Shown here: positions 16,844-26,961 of the stretch, in pieces
How positions within the stretch are numbered: the stretch's first letter is position 1
Layout of the letters: each line of letters opens with the position of its first letter
Assembly: GCA_046563655.1 (NCBI GenBank)
Contig: CM102289.1
Location: 4,712,001-4,776,000, forward strand
Direction of reading: 5' to 3'
From: Yuukianura sp. NJ FZ-2021
Taxonomy: Eukaryota
Length of the DNA: 64,000 nt
Notes under the pieces: generated by a model
The model's input: only the letters and a program-made list of their open reading frames with translations
The model's database searches: none
What the model was told of the DNA's origin: nothing
Translations under genes and position numbers: made by a program

Positions 16844-17117
16844 GGGTTGGATTTTACCCATGTGTACGCATGTTAAACGAGAAAAAGGTCAATGACATCT
16901 CTAGAGAACCCAAAAAATGACCCCTACAAAAGTAGTTGGGCTTGATGAGGGGATCATTTTTTGTCCTCTGACATATGACCCTGTGACCTCAATGGAAGGT
17001 CACAGGGTCACAACTTTTGTAGGGGTCATTTTTTGGGTTGTCTAGAGATGTCATTGACCTTTTTCTTGAAATTTGTCTAAGTTTTTAACATGCGTACACA
17101 TGGGTATAATCCAACCC
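16844..17117. mobile_element. Palindromic MITE-like element
   Basis: Arms of ~90 bp (GGGTTGGATTTTACCCATGTGTACGCATGTTAAA...GACCCCTACAAAAGT) recur as the reverse complement; internal hairpin TGACCCTGTGACCT/AGGTCACAGGGTCA. Confidence 0.75.
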
Positions 17118-18050
17118 CGCCCCGATTTCCCAAATCAATTGGCAATAGGTTTACAGAATGGAAGATTTCATTGCAGCAACAATAAATTAATGGATCCATG
17201 CCATTTCGCCGAAATGGCGAAATGGCGTGCTACCAAATTAATTACCCGTACCAACACTACTGGTACCTGCTGATCAGCTGTACCGTCCCGATTGAATCCC
17301 TCGCGTCGCGACACCTTTTTTTTCATTTACCATGAATTGCCGAATCTTTCTAGATAATATATTATTAATAAGTAAATATAGTTATTAAGTATTCTTCATA
17401 TATAATAAATCCACTGAGTTATGCAACATAAGGTAAAAAATAAAAAATTCGAGTTACCCATGAAAGTAAAATTTTCGTCGTTCGCTTTCACTAAAATTAA
17501 AAAAAAACTAATAACTAAACTTAAACATTTTGCAAGGATTGAAGAATGTAAGGTTAGGTTTTACAACTTTACAAGCATTTCCCTTCGGTCACGTATGTAT
17601 ATGTTCGTCCCGCTCGTTTTACTAAAATTAAAAAAAAATTATTAATAACTAAACTTAACTACATTAATTGTATTTTGCAAGGGTTGAAGAATGTATCTTT
17701 AGTACCAGTATTTTTCGGTTTTCAGGTCATGTTGTATTTTATTTTGTTTGGATTTTGGTTCTTCGATTCTTTTCCAAAACAAATTTCCCACACATCCCGT
17801 CTCAATTCCTACTAACGTATGGTCATTGGCCCTGACTAAAAGTCTGAAGTGCTATCCGAAGTTAGTGTCTGAAGTAACAACTTTGTCCATGAGCGTGGGA
17901 AATGACTGGAAACTTCAAAAACAATTCTCCCGTGACCTCCTTGTTCGTTTCGATCACTACTGAGAAATGCTGGGAAGGCACTGGGGAAAAAACTACCTCT
18001 TTATTGTTGGGGGACTCTGTTGTCTGAAGTTGTAATAACGTTGGCTAGGG

Positions 18051-18100
18051 AAGTGGGAAGTGCTGGGAACTGAGAGCTCAGTTCCCAGCACTTCCCACTT
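18051..18100. repeat. Perfect 24-bp-arm palindrome inside a degenerate repeat
   Basis: AAGTGGGAAGTGCTGGGAACTGAG-AG-CTCAGTTCCCAGCACTTCCCACTT. Confidence 0.9.
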
Positions 18101-18390
18101 GATCATTTTCTTCTCACTCACTTCTCACTTGAGCATCCAATTGATCATTTTCGACTACTGGAAAATGGTGGGAAGTCACTGTGGAATAAACTACCTCTTC
18201 GCTTGTAGTTTCAGTACATACTACACGTTACCTCAAAGTGAAAGAATGCAATGATTTTCCAGCTGTTTCAGTCTTATGTAAGAAGCAACGTCATGCTATG
18301 TAATGAGTGAAATATTGCAAATTTCTAACACAATATAGACGTCTTGTTTTTTTTTAGTTGCAGACTGCGACTAAAAGGATCTAGACTCTA

Positions 18391-20039
18391 GATCTTCTAT
18401 TCTGCATATACTGTTAACCGCCGTAGTGTGAATGTTGGTGAATAACTTGAACGATTTGATTCGATTTGAATATAATCGTGGACCACATAACATACAACCA
18501 GCTGTACACGCAGGATTGATCCTTAGGTTCGGTGAACGAGCAAGCGACAGCTACAAAACTTCGCTTGACTAAAAACTCTTGGTATGCAAGACTTGAACAC
18601 CGCAAGCGTCTAGATCTTCTACTCTGCATATGCTCTTAACCGCCGTAGTGTGAATGTTGATGAATAACTTATACCAATTGATTCGATTTCAATAGAGCCA
18701 TGGACCGCATAACAGACAACCACTTTTTAACGCAGGATTGGTCGCAAGGTTCGATGAACGAGCAAACACCCGCTGCATAAGTTCGTTTGCCTAAAAACAT
18801 TTTGAATGCAAAAGTTGTACACCAAATTTCATGCAAGCGTCTGGATCTTCTATTCTACATATACTGTTAACAGCCGCAGTGTGAATGTTGGTGAATAACT
18901 TGAACCATTTGATTCGATTTGAACAGAATCTAGGACCCCATAACAAACAACCACCTTTGAACGCAGGACTGGTCCATAGGTTCCGTGAACAAGGAAACGA
19001 CTGCTCCATAACATCGTTTGCCTAAAAACATTTTGAATGCAAAAGTTGTACACCAAATTTCATGCAAGCGTCTGGATCTTCTATTCTACATATACTGTTA
19101 ACAGCCGCAGTGTGAATGTTGGTGAATAACTTGAACCATTTGATTCGATTTGAACAGAATCTAGGACCCCATAACAAACAACCACCTTTGAACGCAGGAC
19201 TGGTCCATAGGTTCCGTGAACAAGGAAACGACTGCTCCATAACATCGTTTGCCTAAAAACATTTTGAATGCAAAAGTTGTACACCAAATTTCATGCAAGC
19301 GTCTGGATCTTCTATTCTACATATACTGTTAACAGCCGCAGTGTGAATGTTGGTGAATAACTTGAACCATTTGATTCGATTTGAACAGAATCTAGGACCC
19401 CATAACAAACAACCACCTTTGAACGCAGGATTGGTCCATAGGTTCCGTGAACAAGGAAACGACTGCTCCATAACATCGTTTGCCTAAAAACATTTTGAAT
19501 GCAAAAGTTGTACACCAAATTTCATGCAAGCGTCTGGATCTTCTATTCTACATATACTGTTAACAGCCGCAGTGTGAATGTTGGTGAATAACTTTGATTC
19601 GATTTGAACAGAATCAAGGACCCCATGACAAACAACCACCTTTGAACGCAGGATTGGTCCATAGGTTCCTGAACAAGGAAACGACTGCTCCATAACATCG
19701 TTTGCCTAAAAACATTTTGAATGCAAAAGTTGTACACCAAATTTCATGCAAGCGTCTGGATCTTCTATTCCACATATACTGTTAACAGCCGCAGTGTGAA
19801 TGTTGGTGAATAACTTGAGCCACTTGATTCGATTTGAACAGAATCAAGGACCCCATAACAAACAACCACCTTTGAACGCAGGATTGGTCCATAGGTTCCT
19901 GAACAAGGAAACGACTGCTCCATAACATCGTTTGCCTAAAAACATTTTGAATGCAAAAGTTGTACACCAAATTTCATGCAAGCGTCTGGATCTTCTATTC
20001 CACATATACTGTTAACAGCCGCAGTGTGAACGTTGGTGA
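18391..20039. repeat. Tandem satellite, ~231-bp unit, 7 full copies plus a partial copy
   Basis: GATCTTCTA anchor at 18391, 18613, 18844, 19075, 19306, 19537, 19759 and 19989. Confidence 0.97.
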
Positions 20040-22125
20040 TTCGATTTTGACTAAAAACATTTTCAATGTAAAACTTCTAGTGGAATGCATTACATTTTTC
20101 GGAACCTTTGCAGTAAAAATTACCAGTTGACCTTCCATTTCTTGTCCATAGGCGTTAAATTTTGCCCTGCTGTCCTTTTGGTCACGAGAAACTACTTCCT
20201 GGAAGCTTAACCAAACGATGTCACGTTGCCTACCGTTAGTCATTGTTTAATTAACTCAAAACTACGAACGATTTTAGCGTGAGAAATAACGCCCTTGGCA
20301 CTAAAATAGAATAATTTTGAATGCGTGTAAGGCGATCTACTAATGCTGAATCTATACTTTTACCTTTTAAATTTCCGTTCCTCTTCCATTCCCGTTCCAT
20401 TCCATTACGAATGCATTGTTGTCATCTATACTACAATTGCATTCCAGTACCATTTCCATGACAGTACCATTCCGTTTTCTATTTCATCCAGCATTTTCGA
20501 TGAAAAGTATGGATCATGTCGTCGATGCACAAATTGAAGCTGCATATTTTTCGTATTTTCCTTTAGCGTTGGTGCATTTGTGCAAATTTAATTTGGCACA
20601 GCAACCCGCTTTTCCTCGGTCGTTCCATTGAAGGAATAGAACTGAGTTGAATGGCACGATGTCACTGGCATGGCAATGGAGTGCAACAGGAACGGAGAAC
20701 TAAAAACGCAGATTGATTGCACAAAACCTAGCCATATGAATTGTCACTGGATTCTTGTTGGCTGACGGCTATTTCAACGCTGAATTGATCAATATAACAG
20801 TATAATTTAAAAACCCGGAGTAACTTTTACTAGCAATTTGATAAATATTCGTTTTTTAAGTAAATATTTACTTAAATATTTGGCCAATTCTCAGTAAAGT
20901 AAATAAATATTCCGGGTGTTTTTAGTAAATATTTTTTCAATGTACAGTTATGACAAAATTTATGAAAAAGGTGCCTTTCGGTTTTTCTATTCCATACACG
21001 TTTAACTCTATAACACGTTTATGCTACATGATTGTTAGGTAAACGGCTAAAGGTCATAAACGGCGGAGTCATATACGACTAAACTCTATTCGACCTCCAA
21101 TTTCAAACCTTATGCTTAACTGTATGCCCGTCTTTCCTGCTAGTTATGTGAAAATCATAGCGCTTAGGTCAAATGCCACTACATTTCTCAGAGTATACTT
21201 ACATGTCTACTTTTTCTGTCACTTTTTTCAAAACTCACAGTGCTAGGTCAAAAGTCAAGCGCTAGATTAACATGTCATACGTACGGCCTATACCTTAAGT
21301 TGAGCCCTCCTGAGTAGGTTAGGCATAGTATGTCCAAACTGGCCGGTCGGTCTGAGAGGAGGAGTAGGACCTACCAGCAAAAATAGAGATTTATCTAGCG
21401 TTTATATTATCGAAATTTCAAACCATCAAATATAAAACACTTCATAAGGTTGAAATTTCGATAGAATTTCAAAACAAAGATTGACATTTGAACTTCCGGG
21501 ATTCATAATAACACTGGTAATATTCCGTTTCTTCTTCAATTTTATTGGAGGTAGACCATATGAAGAATTTTCAACAAAAACAGTACGAAAATATTAGTAA
21601 AGACGCTGAGAAGATGCAATGGTAAGGTTGCAATGTGATGATCACTTCGCAGTTTTCTACCTCCTGGCCTACAAGATGGCAAATAAAACCAGACTTTGAA
21701 CATTTTCGATTTCTACAACAAGGAAGGAAAACTACTGTGTTAATTTTTTAGCCCAAGTTTAGGTACATTAATGTTTTAAATACGTTTAAGAAAGTTTTTT
21801 TTTCTTTTCAATTTATACAGTAGTGGTTTTGAGTTGGGAAATTGAAATGTGAAAATAAATTAAAGTGGCTTCATCTACACCACCAGGTCGAAATTTACAA
21901 AACGGAATTGTCATAACCACTTATTTGTACTCATCCCGGATACTGTGGCGAATTGTAGTTTCAATTTTTCCCATGTATTCCGAAAGCAAATCCCATAATT
22001 CCACCGAGTTGATAAAGTTTTTGAGGTTTTCGGTATTAATATAAATAGTACACAAAACATTTCCGAACACATAATTTTCTAGAATTGTACTTGAAAAAGC
22101 ACGAGAGGTATTGAAGAAAGTTGCA

Positions 22126-22530
22126 ATGCAAGGAAAAATATTCAGAGTGTATCTAATTACGCTCTTCTTATTTTCAAACGGGAATATATTGTCTAGGGCA
22201 CAAGCCCCGATTTTTATTAGTGCTCTTGGAAAAATTGTTGGAGCTGCAGGAGGAGGAATACAACAGGTTTTGGGCGCCACCACTATACCACGCTTCTATG
22301 AACATGGGAACTTTCAAGGAGCAAGCTTTTTGGATCGACCATGGGGAATCTGTAAAAATGTTCCAGACGGATGGAATGACCGAATTTCATCGGTGGACAC
22401 GAGAGGAACATGCATGATTGTCTACGACCACGCCAACTGTGAAGGAGAATCCGTACGAATTGCTCCAGGAACTGGCGGTCATAGGCAAGTGGAATTGAAC
22501 GATCGTATCACCTCTTACCGTACATGCTAA
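22126..22530 (+). CDS. Secreted single-domain beta/gamma-crystallin-fold protein, intronless
   Basis: Signal-like N-terminus; paired Greek-key motifs FYEHGNFQG...WNDRISSV and YDHANCEG...LNDRITSY; TATAAATA near 22040. Confidence 0.8.
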   Translation: MQGKIFRVYLITLFLFSNGNILSRAQAPIFISALGKIVGAAGGGIQQVLGATTIPRFYEHGNFQGASFLDRPWGICKNVPDGWNDRISSVDTRGTCMIVYDHANCEGESVRIAPGTGGHRQVELNDRITSYRTC

Positions 22531-22946
22531 GTTGACATTACCTAGACAATGAATTATCTGTTGAATCAAAACCCTTGTAACCATTAGCTGAATAATTCTC
22601 CGTTAAATTATATTATCTAAATGCATTTAATTTCAACTGTTTATAAGTTCCAATTAACAATAAACTAGCGATACACACGGGAAACTTATACATACCAAAG
22701 AAGGGAATCGCTCTAATTCTCCGTCGAACTTTCATAAATATTAATTTTTTGGAAATATTTGCTCGTTTTCAGTAAATTTTTAAATATTTTGCGTATTTTC
22801 AGTAAATATTTTTAGCAGCTCTACTCATGAAGTGAAAAATGGTTTGGCTCAGCGTATTAAGATCGTACAGTGACGCCAAATATATCAAACGTTAGAATGC
22901 CTTGTATTTTGAAAGACAGAACTTCAGAATTTTAATTCTATTCCAT

Positions 22947-23620
22947 GTAATAAGGTCGAAATAGTTTGATCGCAAGTAATAAGGTCGCAGGTAATAAGGT
23001 CGCAAGTAATAAGGTCGCAAAGTGAAAAGATCGCAAGTGAAATGATCGCAATGTAAAAAGATCGCAATATGAAAAGGTCGAAAAGTAAATTGGTCGGAAG
23101 TAAAATGGTCGCAACAGCAAATGGTCGAAAAATAAAAAGATCGAAAAACTTGATAATTTCTGAAAACTTTTTATCGTTGTTATATCTAAATAACCTAACG
23201 CGCGCCTTCGGGCGGTGAAATAGGGCACAATTTATGTTATCCAATCATTACACAATAGAAATTCTGATGCTGTATGTCAAACTCACATTGCTAATGCCAA
23301 AATCAATTAACCGATCTTATATAAAAGGAGGTATTGCCGTCAAAAACGGGTTCCAGAGTCGGAATCTACGACAAAAGATCAATATAAAAAAATTAATTAC
23401 TAAAAAATATCATCTCTTTTTTTCGACCTTTTTATGTTTCGACCATTTGTTGTTGCGACCATTTTACTTCCGACCAATTTACTTTTCGACCTTTTCATAT
23501 TGCGATCTTTTTACATTGCGATCATTTCCCTTGCGATCTTTTCACTTTGCGACCTTATTACTTGCGACCTTATTACCTGCGACCTTATTACTTGCGACCA
23601 AATTATTTCGACCAAATTAC
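22947..23620. mobile_element. Foldback-like element with ~200-bp inverted arms built from ~15-bp GGTCG/GATCG units
   Basis: 22947-23149 is the near-exact reverse complement of ~23418-23620; the ORF track shows the same peptide (CDLITCDLITCDLITCD) on opposite strands. Confidence 0.85.
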
Positions 23621-23639
23621 CTGCTACGCCTCGAATATA

Positions 23640-23866
23640 CAGCATGTCGCATTAAAACCTGAACACCTCAATATAATTCCATGCCAACCACTTCAAAATT
23701 TACAAAACATGGAGAGATATTTCCAACCTTTTCTTGTAGTAGTAGTTAATTTTTACAAGAAGTTTTACCAAAATTTTTACAAAGTTAGCTTAGAAATCTC
23801 TTCATGGTTTCAAAAACAAATAACTTGTCTAGGCTGAAAGTGTTCAGTTTTTATTGTGACACGCTG
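23640..23866. mobile_element. Tc1/mariner-type MITE, copy 1
   Basis: TA|CAGCATGTC...GACACGCTG|TA; homologous to 24513-24755 in the opposite orientation. Confidence 0.75.
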
Positions 23867-24010
23867 TATATTCCTCACAACAGTGTTGAGGGCCCGTACC
23901 GTGTGAGGGCCTAATTATTTATGACTAATTATTTTAAACATAGCCAGGACTTAAATTGTGGAACCCACTGTACGTTTCAACATGTATTCCCCTATGAAAT
24001 TGCAATTTTT

Positions 24011-24350
24011 AATTATTACTCCGGCAGGCTGCAATTTACTAAAAATTTCCTACTCTAATATGCTACAATTTACTAAAAAAAAAGTTCATTACTCTATTAG
24101 ACTACAATTAAATAAAAAAAAAAGCGTTAATACTCTAGTAAGCTGCAGTTTACTAAAAACAATGTCTATTACCCTATCAGGTAGCAATTAAATAAAGAAA
24201 GCTTAATACTACTCTACCAGTCTACAATTTACTGAAAAACAAGTTTACTATTCCAGTAATGGTACAATATAACAGAATTAAGTCTATGATTCGTGTATGC
24301 TGCAAATTAAATAAAGAAAAAGTCTAGTACTTTAGTAGGCAACAATTTAG
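24011..24350. repeat. Degenerate ~40-bp AT-rich tandem repeat
   Basis: Recurring TACTCTA..AG.C/TGCAATTTACTAAAAA-like units, about 8 copies. Confidence 0.7.
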
Positions 24351-24512
24351 TTTTATATAAAAAAAGTTTCACTTTTCAAAGCTTGAAAATTAAGTAAAAC
24401 CTATCATTAACTTCTAATTCGAGTTCATTAGCGTTAGTAAGGAAAGTATTAATTTTTTGAAAAGCCTTGCATGAGCACGATAAAGATAGGTTTGGAAGGA
24501 TACATATATATA

Positions 24513-24755
24513 CAACGTGTCACACTAAAAACTGAACACCTTCAGTGTAAACAACTTGTTTATTTTTGAAACAAGGGTATTCTATTGTATTCTACATGAG
24601 GGTATTTCTAAAGCTAATTTTGTAAAAAATTCGGTAAAACGTTTTGCAAAAAGTTGTTACGAGGAGTTAGCAAATATCTCTCCATGTTTTGCAAATTTTG
24701 AACCGGTTGTGACGGGAATTATTTTGGGGTGTTGAGGTTTTAATTTGACACGCTG
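24513..24755. mobile_element. Tc1/mariner-type MITE, copy 2 (inverted relative to copy 1)
   Basis: TA|CAACGTGTC...GACACGCTG|TA; shares AAATATCTCTCCATGTTTTG and AAAAACTGAACAC with the reverse complement of copy 1. Confidence 0.75.
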
Positions 24756-25661
24756 TATATATATAATACGAATTTTTCCATTAACCAAGATAACCCAACC
24801 CCAAAGGAGGAAAAGGAACTTTTCGTTTCGTTACCTCGTTATTGGAAATCGCTTTAGTTTTTAAAATCTAAGAATTATTTTATGATGTTAAGGACAAGCA
24901 TTGTTGATTTTGCATCTAGTGAATGACACTGTTTTTTTTATGTTTTAAACATTTAAACATATATATTTTAGTGACAACATTTAGAACAAGTGTTATTGCT
25001 GAAGTATAACGTGAACCGTGAAATACTAAACCGTTCTACTCAAGGTGGGTAAACAAGCAGATTGTTGATTACTACAAGAGGTTATTCATTAACTCGACGT
25101 TTTTTAATTTTGTTAAATTATTTGCAAAACTTGCTTCGCCATGCCTTTCTATGGTAATGATTTGTATGTAGTCTAATGGGAATTGGTTCAAAATTGGTTC
25201 AAAAAGTTGTTTTGATTCAGGGGGCGGCAAAAATGCCTTAGCGACCAAAACTGATTCTTTATTTGTTTACAATTTCACTCACAGTGACATCACTCCGAGT
25301 GAAAATACAGGTTCAACCGAGTTTTTAAGCTATTTTTAAGTTTGTGGCGAAAGTATTGAGACTAAAATGATGAAAATTTTGAACAACACTGTAAATGAGT
25401 GAACTCGGAGTGAAAAAAATCCCATAGCAACTCGGTTTTGAAAAAATAATTTTCAGGGACCGTACCTATAAGTATTCTATTTACCTTGGTTTTGACTCAA
25501 TTTTTTATAAACGTCGGAGGTATTGAATAACCTCTTGCAGCATTGCAATTGGTTGCAATAGCAACCTTGGTTCTACTAGGAAAAGTAAGCAAAGGAAAAA
25601 AGTATAAATTGAGCTTTGGGTAATTCTTTTTTCAGTTCAACATAAAAGTCCAGAGGTTAAA

Positions 25662-26961
25662 ATGGATCGTACCATTTTGTGGGTCAGGTTAATGTATACT
25701 TGGAGTAGGTTTATGCGCTACATACCGGTAACATACCATTTTGGATATGGGGAGCCAGACACTCTTGTTCACACTAAAAACAACGCAATGTACAAGGTGT
25801 TTGCAGCATTTTCTACAATTACTTCTGGGGTACTTATAGTATGTTGGTACTACGAAACCGTTCTTGGTGGTACGACAAAGTTTGAAAAAATAATTGCTGT
25901 GGGGTTAAACAGTGTCTTTAATGTATTACATATGGCGCAATGGATTCTACTCATTCCGTCCACACGACAACGTTGCATCAACGTCACAAACAATAATCTC
26001 AATACCAAGTTCAATTTATCTGGAAAATTGTCGCGATATTATGGAATGATGTGTTTTCTCTTATGTGCGTGTAGTATAATGTACCCGTTTGTTGTGTTGC
26101 CATTTGTATATGCTATGTCATGGGCATTACCTGGATTGTTCACAACAATTCACAATATACTGGCAGTTACTGCTTCACAACTCGCCATTCCGCAGTCTAC
26201 CGCGTACGTCCGACTATTCATCATATTTAAATTTATAACATTTGCTAGTATAGCAGCTGGCATAGGTCATGCAGTGGTCACCACTGCTGCGCTGTTTCAC
26301 TGGATCTTCGTGTACTTGTTCACAACTAATCGGCAACTAAAGGATCTCAAATTCATCGGGTAGGTTGCCTAAAGGCATGTATTTTTTTGCTTTTGTTTTT
26401 AAACCTTTTCAAAGTGTTCTTGTGTGTTTTGAGTAAATTAGTTATTTATTTTTTTTGCTTTGTAGGGAAACAAGCCGACAAGAAGAAAGCAATAATTATT
26501 GTTGTGTACCTCAAATCTGTACAGATACATCGCTGTATTTGAAAGTTAAAGTAATCGGTAAATTATTTGACGTAGCTTTTGGTGGTTTAATTACTGCATT
26601 TGCAATTAATGTTTTGGTGATTATAATCGTTTTTTCATTTTTTGTGATTCGTGCCAGCAGTGTATATCCTATTGCGATAGTTTTTGTTATTGTTTATGCT
26701 GATTTTGTTCTAACAGTATGTACAGTCCTCCTCTTATCTATTGGAACTGATCAGTACATTTTGTCTAAAAGCTTAATTGAACTAGCTCGTCACCAAGCAA
26801 GAAAATCCGGCTCAGTATACGAATCAAAGTTTTGGAATAGCATGACTCCATTACGCATTAATGTTGGAAGTTTTTGTTCCCTTGAAACGAAAGAATTCAT
26901 TTTGTTCATTTGGTCCCAAATAGTTATTGTATCAATTATAAATCTTCTCTTAGCATACTAG
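25662..26961 (+). CDS. Divergent multi-pass chemoreceptor-like protein (GR/OR superfamily-like), two exons
   Basis: Two long hydrophobic ORFs joined by a GT-AG intron (~26360-26465); about seven predicted hydrophobic segments; C-terminus PLRINVGSF...IINLLL. Confidence 0.65.

Noticed and set aside
18791..19970. Repeated 62-72 aa ORFs, and a possible CRISPR or hammerhead array
   Set aside because: The ORFs are by-products of the 231-bp satellite; there are no unique spacers or cas genes, and I saw no CTGANGA/GAAA hammerhead core.
20340..21420. Degenerate inverted repeat (TTCCGTTCC...GGAACGGAG) and other TE-like fragments
   Set aside because: Termini and target duplications could not be defined from the sequence alone.
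21921..22283. 120-aa antisense ORF over the crystallin-like gene
   Set aside because: Shadow ORF; the + strand carries the motifs, signal peptide and TATA box.
22924..23837. ORFs with CDLIT, ATLL or RPYYL repeats
   Set aside because: Translations of the 15-bp units of the foldback arms, open in several frames on both strands.
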